Shown here: positions 1 through 11,089 of the stretch, piece by piece | Position numbering within the stretch: the first letter of the stretch is position 1 | How the letters are laid out: each line of letters opens with the position of its first letter | Assembly (NCBI GenBank): GCA_016748015.1 | Contig: JAAOMT010000515.1 | Location: 62,001 to 126,000, forward strand | Direction of reading: 5' to 3' | DNA from: Geosiphon pyriformis uo1 | Lineage: Eukaryota; Fungi; Glomeromycota | DNA length: 64,000 bases | Notes under the pieces: model-generated | What the model was told of the DNA's origin: nothing | Databases searched by the model: none | Seen by the model: the letters and a program-made list of their open reading frames with translations, nothing else | Position numbers and translations under genes: made by a program

Positions 1-1168
1 ATATCCAAAACTGATTTGTCGCAATGTTTCCACAACTCATTCGAGATACCAGAGAGACCAGCTGCCTTCCCATCAGGCAGGTTCGAAACAACACTAGACA
101 TCTCATCAAAATCAATTAGGCTCATTACACCAGAAAAAGCGTCATCAAAAACATACTCTAAAGGCTGATATTGGCAATCCTAGACACCAGTAACATCAGA
201 AACTACATTGTGCTTCCTAGTCCATCCCTCCATGACTGCATCTACTTTGGCCTTAACCAAAGCAGGCTCCAAAACCAATTCATTATCAACAACCAGATGA
301 TCCAAAGTTACTTTGCGAAAAAGACGTTCCAATACACTTTTAATAGTATGACTTTTGTCCAATTCAAAACTTTCCATCCTCTTATCTATCGCCAACCTGA
401 TTTGAGATTCCTTAACTCGCTCTGCTTCCGACATTTTGGATGTGCAATAAGACTTTTTGACCTTAGACAAAACTGACCGAATAGCATTGAAGTGGGAACC
501 TGATAGGAAGAGAGACTTCACCGCAGAAGCGTTGACCAAATCCAAACCTTCTTACCTGTCAAGCAAGGATGTAAACTCCCCAGCAAAATCCATATAAGAT
601 GCTTTAACCAACTTAGACACCAAGAGCTCTAGCTTGTGAAATTTGGACGAATTCTTGCTAAAACTTTTATCATATCCTTTGAACCACTTTTTCTTGAAAA
701 CTGCCTCAGCAGACAGACACATCACTCTATGGAGAGTGACTCACATCGAATCCAAGTCTGAGCGGACCTTGGCTGCAAAAAAATCATCATGAAGCATAGC
801 AGCATTTGCCGCCGTATCTTCTTTAAATTTGGCCCATTTAACATCATTCGCACCTTTGCAATCGTACTTCCAGCAATTTCTATTTGCTTACTTGCGAACA
901 GAATTCAACTGAACATCGAGCAGACCACCCAAACCCACTAACACTGAGATAGCCTGATGATCAATATTAAAGTATTCCCCAACACCAAACACATCGCGAC
1001 CCACTATCGCATTAACCAGATTTGAAGAAACAAACATAAAATCAATCATCTTAGCAACGCCCCGAGAATTGGACCAAGTCGGCAATTTCCAACAGGAGCT
1101 TCCACCCAAGGCATTAACCAGACCCAAATCCAGACACTTTTTAAAACTTGCACACTTGCGAGAACCGT
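1..1168 (-). mobile_element. LINE A, ORF2 continuation (end of APE endonuclease, linker, start of RT); runs off the window
   Basis: Minus-strand fragments PTWSNSRGVAKMIDFMFVS, DHQAISV (APE C-terminal motifs) and PDGKAAGLSGISNELWKH (RT entry). Joins in frame to the piece beyond 11089 once the LTR element is removed (GGDFNED-G-SRKCASF). Confidence 0.85.
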
Positions 1169-2141
1169 TGTTACCAGAGGTTTTTGGTCTCTTTTCTTAA
1201 ATGTTGTTAATGTCTGTTTGTTGTGAATTCATGTTTTCTAGAAGTAGTTAAACCTCCAATAACTGAATTTATCTTCAAATTATCTCTTATAATTTGAACT
1301 GCTGGGCTTATAAGTGGAATGGCCAATTCCGTGCCAGTTGTTTTGTGTAGTTACATTGTAGTAAATGTCAACTTTTTCCCAGGAATTGCTCGTCTGGAAG
1401 CTCACCAAAAATGTGTAGTTACTTTGCTGCAAAAGTCAACTCTTCTACAGGAATTTCGTCTGTAGGCTACCCTAATGATTGTAATAAGAAAAGAAAAGAA
1501 AAAAATAAAAGAAATGTAAAAGAAATAGAATTTTATCAAGAGAAACGTTTTCTATCCAGGCCTGGAGTCACTAACAGTTTACTGAAATTGGTAGCTAATC
1601 AATTTCAAAATGTTAGTTGGGTTGTGGGAATTTTCCAAGTACAATAATTAAAGAATTTGGTTTTTCGAATTATTTGATATTTATTTCTTTTTGTGTGTAT
1701 AGGAATGGTTTTAAGAAATAAATCTAAAGTAAGATACATTTTCCAGAAGAGAAAAGCTCTTCTTTTATACAATTTGTTGTAGTACTAGTTTATGAACTTG
1801 CACTTTTTCTCTTTGCCCAAATTCCAGCAAACTAAAGATACATTTTGATGAACTACAAGTTATTTTGTTGAACTATTAATTAATTTGGGTGAACTATTCA
1901 TAATTTTGGCGAATTTCTGTAAATTTCGGCGAATTTCTGAATGTTACAAAGTTCAGGGTATTGTGTAATTTGATCATCTTACTTTCTGTTATACTAATTA
2001 GATTATTTTAATTGAATCGTGATATGTGATAATTGATTAAATAATAAATGATAATTTGAAATGATATTAATATACTAATGAATTATAGGAATTATAAGGG
2101 TAATTTCATGCTAATTAATAGCTAAAATTCTACTGGTAACA
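1169..2141 (-). repeat. 3' LTR of Gypsy A1
   Basis: TGTTACCAG...CTGGTAACA termini; direct repeat of 10076-11089. Confidence 0.95.
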
Positions 2142-2829
2142 TAATCTCCTCCTCAAGACTGAGCTCCGTCGAAGTCCAAGCACTATCTGTAATATTGAGA
2201 TAGTGATCTAAAATAATTGAAGTAATCTGGTCTGAAAATTGTTGAAATTTCAGTTCTGTGAGTTTGCCAATGTGTTGGACTTTCATTGATTGCAGTATTG
2301 GATTTTGTAGAACATTTTCACAAGTATTAAACAAATCATAGAGTCTAAAAGCTGCTCTAAGTTTGTAGCGAGTGTTTGTTGGTCCAGCTGCTGTTTTGAA
2401 TTCATTGTAGATTTGTTTTTGTATAACTTCAGAAGTGAGATTTGTTGCTTCAAGTTCCAGTTTTCGTTCATAAAGTGTTTTTCTAATTTGAAAGTATTTA
2501 TAGATAAGAGTGTGTTCATTGCTCTGTTCATTAAGAAGTAGTAGTAGTTTTTGTTGCATTGTAGCATCTGGTGGAATGTCAATAGGAGCAATTAGCAGAT
2601 TTTCTTCTAGTGCCTGCTTCAAAAGTCTTGGTAATCTATTCTCAGAGTGACTTCTTGTTTCTCTTTTATAGGGGTGATAATTCTGTAAATGATTTGCTAC
2701 TGGGGCTGTGGTTTCTTTCTGAATGTATTTAATTTGACTTCCATTAATTGTTATAGATAAGTCAGGGAGTGTTTTTAAGGCTAACATTAATTTTTGGGAT
2801 ATTTGTTGAATATTTTGGGGAATAATCAT
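2122..2829 (-). CDS. Extra 3' ORF (ORF3, 235 aa) of Gypsy A, unknown function
   Basis: Intact ORF downstream of integrase that reads through the PPT into the LTR; homologues in A2 (~39793-40416) and in family B (~25460-26130). Confidence 0.75.
   Translation of the reverse strand: MIIPQNIQQISQKLMLALKTLPDLSITINGSQIKYIQKETTAPVANHLQNYHPYKRETRSHSENRLPRLLKQALEENLLIAPIDIPPDATMQQKLLLLLNEQSNEHTLIYKYFQIRKTLYERKLELEATNLTSEVIQKQIYNEFKTAAGPTNTRYKLRAAFRLYDLFNTCENVLQNPILQSMKVQHIGKLTELKFQQFSDQITSIILDHYLNITDSAWTSTELSLEEEIMLPVEF
2142..2154 (-). promoter_or_regulatory. Polypurine tract
   Basis: Minus-strand GAGGAGGAGATTA directly before the 3' LTR. Confidence 0.85.
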
Positions 2830-2972
2830 GATAAAATTGACTAATTATGAAAAGAGAGAATAAAGAAAATTATTTTTTGGATATGGAGTTTTTATTTGTT
2901 TTTGGGTTTGGGTGTTTTGTAATTATTTACTATTTTTGTCTTTGTGTTTTTAGTATAGAATTATTGTAAAAT

Positions 2973-5900
2973 TTAAGTGTTCAAGTTTGGTTGTTGTTTT
3001 ATTATAATTATTGATTCTAAATTTCGAGGAATATCTTCAGGATTAATTAAAGGGGAATGTGTACCAATTTGTGGAATTAATAGTTCAGAATTGTTTCTGG
3101 AATGATAGTGTTTCAGTCTGTCTCCATGTGCAACTTTTGCTAATATTTTGTTATCAAGTCTTAACTTATATGATCTATTGCCTAGAATTTCGTAAATATA
3201 AAATGGTCCATCCCATTTGTTTTCAAATTTCCCACTCCATTGTTTTTCAGCCTTAGTTCTGTGTAAGAGAACTTTATTTCCAACTTTAAATTCATTGGTA
3301 ATAGATGGTAATTTGTTGTTATGTCTTTCTTTTTGTTGAGCTTGGGAATGTTCAATATGAGCTGCTGCTATTCTTCTTTTTTCTTCCAATGTACTAAGAA
3401 GAGTGTAGGCTCTTCTTTGGAGTGTCTCTTGAAAGTTTTCTTCATTGATTGGTTGCACTGGGTATGTTTCCACTGTGAAATTAATTGGTAATGTTGCTGT
3501 CCTTCCATAAGTAAGATCAAATGGTATGTGTTTCGTAGTATCTTGTTTTAGTGTTCTGTATGCTAGTAACACTGATGGAATAAAGATATCTCATTCCTGT
3601 TCAAAGTCTGTTGAGACTTTGGCTAAAGATTCACACAATATTCTGTTGAAACGTTCTACAAGTTCATTTGTTTGAAGGTGATAAGATGATGATAGAAGTC
3701 TTTTGACATTGAACCATTCACAAATTTCTTGTATCAAGTTGTTCACAAAATGTGTTCCTTGATCAGATAAGAGTTCAATTGGGCATTCATGTCTACAGAT
3801 AATGTCTTCATAGATGAATTTTGCTACTGATTTTGCATCTGCTCTTTGGATGGCTCTAGCTTCAGGCCATTTGGTAAGATAATCCACTGCAACTGCAATA
3901 TAACAATTTCCTTGGGTTGTGATAAGTAATGGTCTGACTAAATCAATTCCAACTCTGTCAAAAGGTTGTCCAACTTTGATTGGATTTAAAGGTTCTGTGG
4001 GACGAGTTCCTCCTCTTCTTTGGCAGTTATCACAAGATTCTACATATTGTTGAATGTCTTTTTGCATGTGAGGCCAAAAATAATGTTCAAGGGTTTTTTG
4101 AATTGTTTCCTCTTTTCCCAAGTGTGCTGAAGACAGATCTGTGTACATGTTGTATAAAATTGTTTCTTTTTCATTCTCTTGTACTAATCTGAGTGGCTGG
4201 TTTGGTTTTCTGTGATTTTTATAATAAATTTTGTTCTGGTGTATGAAATATTGTTTTAATTGGTGTTGTAAGCGGTGTTTTTCACTTGGAGACCAGTTTT
4301 CTGGCATGGTAAGGGTCTCCAAATAATTTTTAAGATTGCTGTAGTTTCTGGGATCTATTCTTGTTTGGTTATTTTGTTGGTAAGTTGGTAAGTTGTGGTA
4401 GAATTGTTGTTGGTATTAATCTTGTCTCATTCTTGAGAGGCTATCAACATTGGTATGTAGTTTTCCTGGTTTGTGGTGTACAATATATCTGTAGTCTGCT
4501 AGGAAGTCATTCCATTGAGACTGTTTGGTACTTTGTTTAGTTTTCTTTTTATTGAGCCATTTGAGGCCAATGTTGTCCATTATTATGTCAAATTCTTTTC
4601 CATTTTTCAGATATTGTTGAAAATGTTTAAGAGCCCAAATAACTGCAGCAGCTTCTAATTCAGTTGAGCCATATTTGAGTTCTGTTGGCTTGAGTGTTCT
4701 GCTGGCATAGACAATAACTTGTTCTTGGCCATTTTCATCTAATTGTGATAAGATGGCACCAAATGCTATGTGTGAGATATCAGTGGCTAATTGGAATCGT
4801 TTGTTGAAGTCTGAATAAGCAAGAACTGGGGCTGTTGTCAATTTTGTTTTGAAAATTTCAAAAGCTTTTTGTTGTTCTTCAGTCTATTTGTATGGTATGT
4901 TTTTGTTGGTAAGATAATTGAGTGGTTTGGCAATTTCTGAGAATCCTTTTATGAATTTTCAATAGTAAGAGGCTAATCCCACAAATCCTTTTAGTTCTGT
5001 AGTATTTCTGGGAGTTTGAAAGTTTTTGACAGCATTGATTGTTTCTGGATTTGGTTTGATTCCATCTTTACTAACTATGTGTCCAAAAAAGATCAAACTT
5101 GTTTTTCCAAAGTGACATTTCTCAATATTTAACGTTAATCCTGCTTTCCGTAATCATTGAAAAACTTCTCGCAAGTGAATAATATAGACTTCAAAGCTTG
5201 GTGAGTATACATCAGTATCATCAAGATAAACAACTACTGATTGCCACAAGAGCCCTTCATAGACAACATCCATGAGTTGCTGAAATGTTGCTGGTGCATT
5301 GCAAAGTCCAAAAGGCATAACATTAAACTCATAATTTTCTTCTTGAGTAGTGAATGCTGTTTTGGGTCTATCTTTTGGGTCCATTTCGACTTGCTAGTAT
5401 CCACTTTCCAGGTCTAAAGTTGAAAAGAACTTGGCTTTTCCCAGAGCATCTAGCATGTCATCAATTCTTGGAAGAGGATAGGCATCTCTGATTATAACAC
5501 TATTCAGTTGTCTATAATCAACACAGAATCTAATTTTTCCGTTTTTCTTTTTAACCAAAACTACTGGTGAGGCCCAAGGACTTCTTGATGGTTGAATCAA
5601 TCCGTTATTGAGCATTCTTTGGACCTCTTTTCTGATAAATTAGTGGCTGGCAAGTGGCACTCGATAAGCTTGTTGACGTTTTGGTAGAGCATCTCCTGTA
5701 TGGATCTGATGTTGAACAATATTTGTTTTTCCCAAGTCATTGTTGTCTTTTGCAAATATATCTGCAAATTCAGCTATCAATTGTTTCAATTGTCTTTGTT
5801 GTTGAGGTTCTAAGGGACCCATATTGATTCGAGAAAGTTTTTCTTCCAACAAGTGGTAGTTTTCAGTAGTGGGAATGATATTTGGATTTAGGAGTAGAGT

Positions 5901-8900
5901 GTGCTTTATAATTTCGATAAAATTAGAGACAATTTAAGGGTTTTCATCTTGAAAGATATTGTTGTGTATGATTCCAATTTCTAATTTGTTTAATAAAACA
6001 ATAAGGTAATTATTGGGGTTGTAGAATGTAACTCGAAATTTTTTCATTCCTTTGGGAATATAAACGTTTGGAATTGATATTTCGTGCTTCAAACAGATTT
6101 GTTCATTAGATTCAAAGATTTGTTGTGTAGTGATGGGTTTTGAGCAAGTGTAAATTTCGTGATGTTCTCCAAAAGGTGAAATGGTAATTGGCTGAGGAAG
6201 TTGAAGAATCTGGTGAGATTCATTTTGTGTATTAAGAACTATGTTTACTGAAACTGTAAATTGTCCAGTTGAACCAAAACCTTGAGTTCCTCTTTCACTT
6301 TTTCCTAATTGTTCTCTGTTGTTTACTGATTGTAAACCCGAAATGTTGATTAAGAGTAAGTAAATTGCTTGAGCAATTTTTTCAGCATGTTCAATTTTGA
6401 ATGGTTTGTCTGTCTCATTCTGTAACATGATGGTAATGTCTTCAGTGTATCCTGCATCTATAACTCCTCCTCTAATATTGATTCTTTTGCTTGCCAATGA
6501 TGATCTGGAGGCAATTTGAACCATTGCTCCTGGTGGAATTTCAAGAGCAATTTTTAGATTGATTTTTGTCAAAGACTTTGGTTGAAGAATCAAAGTATCT
6601 TTTCCTGAGTATCTCAAGTCATATTCAGCATCAATTTTGTGTGCTTTTTCTGGTCTGATTCCTTGGCCATGGTTGTCAAAATATTTAAGTTGTAGAGGTG
6701 GTTGCTTTTCAAGAAGATAGATGGGAGTGGTTGGTAGTTCTTCTACTTGTTCAGATACTCCAAATTCGATTTCATTTTCATCATTCTCATCTGGCAAAGG
6801 AATGCTAAGAGCATAACATTCTAAACACCATTGGTCATCACAAGGCATAACACATTCTTCACACAATTGAATGTTCATTTGCTCTAATCATTGAATTTGA
6901 GCTTCTTTGGTCGGATATGTGTGGCTTGCAATTTGGTGGTAGGTTTCTACTTCATCTTCATAATCAAATCCAGCTAATTCTATAGTGTACTTAATATATT
7001 CAGCTTCTTTCATTTGGCAGATATCTTCTTGAATGGCTCCATTGATTAATGCCATTGCTAGGTCAAAAATCATTTCAGCATCATGAGGGTAGTGGTAAAG
7101 TTTATTAAGAGCACTGTTGTATGCTGCATCAAATAGTGTCCCTCTTCTGACTTTTTCCGAAATTGATAGAGCATATTGACAGGTTTGATTACATACTCCT
7201 CCTCTTATTGCTACATCAATCCAATTGCATTCTTCTGGTAGTATTTCTCCACATGTAAGACAAGATGTGCTGTCCCATTTTCCACTTCTTTTTGGAGATC
7301 CAAATCGTTCTCTATGGCATGCTTTGCAAAAGTAACAGGTACGAGTTTCATATTCCTCTTCTGGAGAAATACATGCTCCCATTGATGAAAGTTTTTTGTT
7401 GCAATCTTTGCATTTGAGTGGAATATAGAGTGGTTGTTTTTGTGGTTCTGGTGTGGAATATCTAACTTTTTTCCATCTCCTTGATTCTTTAAAAATTTCT
7501 TGTTCAGTTTCTTCAGCTCAATTGGATGTTGATCCAAGAGCCATGTAGGTTTCAGTAAGTGGCATTTCTTTCTCCTCTTCAAATTCAAATACTGGAGCTT
7601 TTTCTGATCGTTTGTTAAAGGTACCACAGGTTGCAGGTACTATAGTATATTGTCTTTGGTATGAGATTTTAAGTTCTTGAGTTTCCCAGTTCAGATTTGC
7701 ATTGGCCTTGAGAAGCCAATCATTTCTGACTAGAGCTTGGTATTAGGGTGCATCCATAACAAGAACTTTAACTAGAATGGTGATTCCATCAATTGAAAAA
7801 GAGAAATCATCAATTTCTCCTACTGGAGTCTTTTTCATATCATCAGCTGTGACAATAACTGTTTGAGCTGGTCTGTCTACGTTTTGTTTGAGTTGTTGCA
7901 TCAGCTGATAAGTGATGATACTTTCAGCTGATCCACTATCTAAGATTAAGCGTATGGGTTTTCCTTTTACTATAGCTTCTGTGTACATGGCAGTAATTGC
8001 TTTCTGTTCATTGACTGCTGCATTACTAAGCAGAAATGGTGATTCATTTGCCTCAAATTCAAATGGAAATATATCTGACAGATTAGCATTTTGGGCAATT
8101 TGAGCTGGGGAAATGGTGTGGTTGGAAGAATTTGATCTTGGTGCTGTAATTTCACCTTTAGTTTGTTGAAAATCCGATTCCTCTGGTATTGTGAGATAAC
8201 TGGGTTGAGTGTAATAGTGATTGGGTCTTTGCTGGCCCAAATTTCGGGAACCAACTGGTTATTTGGATTGATTCTGTTGTGGTTATTCTGCAATTGATTT
8301 TGGGGTGTGGATTGGTTATGTTAAACCAATCTTCTTGCTGGTACTTGATATTGTTGAGTGGGTGGTGTCTAATATGGCTGAATTGGTAAAGGTTGCTGAT
8401 ATTGTTGCTGCATTGATTGTGGAGCTGGTGGATAGTAACTGTTTTGATTTTGTGGTCTTGGTGAATAATAAGTTGGTGGTGGAGATTGGTAATAGAATTG
8501 TTGTGGTGAAGAGTAACGTTGATTACTCCTGTTTTGTTGGTCTCTTTGTAATTTTCTACAATCTCATTTCCAGTGCCCTGGAATTCCACAATAATGACAA
8601 TTTTGAGATTGGTTGTTGGATGATGATCCAAAATTGTTTTGGTTGTGTCATTGTAGGGGTTGATATCTTTGCGGTTGTTGTTGCTATTGTTGTTGGTTTG
8701 TAAAGTAGCTTTCAACTTTTTGTGTGAGTTGGTCTATCTTTTTTTCAGCTGCTGAGCTGGTTTCTCCAATTGCAAGGTTTACAAGCTTGGTGTGATTTGC
8801 TTCTTCCATTGTCATTTCATAGCTTTTTGCATGTCTAATAGCAGTTGCTAAGTCTGCTGGAGCATGTAGATAGACTTTCTTAATTAGTTTGTCTTTTAAC

Positions 8901-10027
8901 CCTGCTATAAACTAATCCAGAACTTGAGCATCAGAATAGTAGTCATTGGTTTCCAATTGTCAGATTCGTCTGAGAAGTTTGTTAAATCTTCCAAGATAGG
9001 TCATAACAGATTCAGATGTTTCTTGTTTGATATTGCGAAAGCAGTTTCTGAGAGTGATAGAGATATTGTTGTTGGTGAATTGTTGTAGAAAAGCATCTTT
9101 GAATGCTTGCCAGTTTTCAAATGGTTCTTCTAAATTTTCAAACCATTCTCCTGCTGTTCCTTGGAGAAAGTAGGGAATTGCTTTGAGCATTTTTGCTGCA
9201 ATCCAACCATTTACATCTCCTGCTTTTTGAACTTTGTCAAGCCATTCTTGGGGACTGATATCATTGTTTTCACCAGTAAATTCTGGGATTTTTGCAATGT
9301 AAGCAGTTGTCATTTCTTCTTCGTTTTCTGGAATTTCTTCTGGTTCTGATTCAGTTTCTTTACTTTCCAAGCTTTCTGAGTGATTACTTTCGTTTTCCTG
9401 TAAGTAATCAATGATATTGGCACTTGTTGATATTGGTTCCTGTTGTTGAGTAGGATTTCTAAGTGACTAAAAATTTTCTGGTCTGGAGAAATGGCTAAGT
9501 GGTAAACTTGGTGTTTGTGGTTGAACAAGTGAAATTGGAAATGGTGTAATAGAAAGTGGTAATTTGATACTGGTTCCTTGTTCAGGTGTTTGCAAGTGTT
9601 TAGCAGTTGTCTTTTGTAGTGTTGGAGTGTTTGGAGTGGTTCTTGAGTATTGCTTCAATCTTTGTTTGCCTTTATTGCTTGTTTCTGTCTCTGAGTCAAA
9701 GTCAAAAAAGTATTTAGACTGTACTGGGTATTTTTCTTTACAATGCTTAATAATATTAAAATTAAGTTCTTGGAAGTAGGTAACAAGTGTTTCACTGTTT
9801 AGGTCTTCTGTTCCCAAATGTGAATAATGCACTAAATTATTGTAGAGGTTACTTCTAACTTCTGAAACGTTGTAGTTTCCAAAAAGATAATTGTTGATGT
9901 GGTTTTCAATATATTGGTATACTAATTTCTTTACAATTTCAATTCCATCTGGAATGTTGAATCTTTGCTTGCAGTGGATGTAAATTGACTGGTAATACTC
10001 TAAAGTTGCTGTGTCTGGTGTGGTCAC
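2973..10027 (-). pseudogene. gag-pol: gag-pol polyprotein (ancestrally one ORF): gag with CCHC knuckle, aspartic protease, Cys-rich domain, dUTPase, RT, RNase H, integrase
   Basis: CHYCGIPGHWK..C; LILDSGS (~7935); VVVYLDD (~5220); RNase H LATD..ELE; integrase H-H-C-C, D..D..E and WDGPF. Fragments share one frame apart from a 1-nt deletion near 8246 that is absent in copy A2. Confidence 0.93.
6264..6670 (-). other. dut: dUTPase domain within pol, between protease and RT
   Basis: Trimeric dUTPase motifs DAE/GYDL, IASRSSL, GGVIDAGYT, KIAQAI, RGTQGFGSTG. Confidence 0.92.
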
Positions 10028-10055
10028 TACTTTGAATTTGTTGTTTCTGTGTTAT

Positions 10056-10073
10056 TTCCGTGGAAGAGCACCA
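10056..10073 (-). promoter_or_regulatory. Primer-binding site
   Basis: TGGTGCTCTTCCACGGAA 2 nt after the 5' LTR; the TGGTGCT start is shared with family B PBSs (~33490, 35471, 37715). Priming tRNA not identified. Confidence 0.85.
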
Positions 10074-10075
10074 AA

Positions 10076-11089
10076 TGTTACTGGAGGTTTTTGGTCTCTT
10101 TTCTTAAACATTGTTAATATCTGTTTGTTGTGAATTCACGTTTTCTAGAAGTAGTTAAACCTCCAATAACTGAATTTATCTTCAAATTATCTCCTATAAT
10201 TTGAACTGCTGGGCTTATAAGTGGAATGGCCAATTCCATGCCAGTTGCTTTGTGTAGTTATGTTGTAGTAAACGTCAACTCTTTTCCAGGAATTGCTCAT
10301 CTGGAAGCTCACCAAAAATGTGTAGTTACTTTGCTGCAAAAGTCAACTCTTCTACAGGAATTTCATCTGTAAGCTACCCTAATGATTGTAATAAGAAAAA
10401 AAAATAAAAAAATAAAAGAAATGTAAAAGAAATAGAATTTTATCAAGAGAAATGTTTTCTATCCAGGCCTGGAGTCACTAACAGTTTACTGAAATTGGTA
10501 GCTAATCAATTTCGAAATGTTAGTTGGGTTGTGGGGATTTTTCAAGTACAATAATTAAAGAATTTGGTTTTTCGAATTATTTGATATTTATTTCTTTTTG
10601 TGTGTATAGGAATGGTTTTAAGAGATAAATCTAAAGTAAGATACATTTTTCAGAAGAGAAAAGCTCTTCTTTTATACAACTTGTTGTAGTACTAGTTTAT
10701 GAACTTGCACTTTTTCTTTTTGCCCAAATTCCAGCAAACTAAAGATACATTTTGATGAACTACAAGTTATTTTGCTGAACTATTAATTAATTTGGGTGAA
10801 CTATTCATAATTTCGGCAAATTTTTGTAAATTTTGGCAAATTTTTTATAAATTTCGGCGAATTTCTGTAAATTTCAGCAAATTTCTGAATGTTACAAAGT
10901 TCAGGGTATTGTGTAATTTGATCATCTTATTTTCTGTTATACTAATTAGATTATTTTAATTGAATCATGATATGTAATAATTGATTAAATAATAAATGAT
11001 AATTTGAAATAATATTAATATACTAATGAATTATAGGAATTATAAGGGTAATTTCATGCTAATTAATAGCTAAAATTCTACTGATAACA
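10076..11089 (-). repeat. 5' LTR of Gypsy A1
   Basis: Direct repeat of 1169-2141, with extra copies of an internal ~20-bp AATTTCGGCGAATTTCTGTA repeat. Confidence 0.95.

Larger units (their letters stand above)
1169..11089 (-). mobile_element. Ty3/Gypsy LTR retrotransposon, family A copy 1 (full length, inactivated)
   Basis: Two ~1 kb TGTTAC...TAACA LTRs, PBS, PPT, 4-bp TSD CCGT (1165-1168)/CTGT (11090-11093); domain order gag-PR-RT-RH-IN; several in-frame stops. Confidence 0.97.

Noticed and set aside
1411-1647. 78-aa ORF inside the LTR
   Set aside because: Crosses a variable A-tract and is interrupted in other LTR copies.
8158-8715. Long alternative-frame and antisense ORFs over gag (also 45519-46277, 8305-8703)
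   Set aside because: By-products of CAA/AAC-rich gag sequence.
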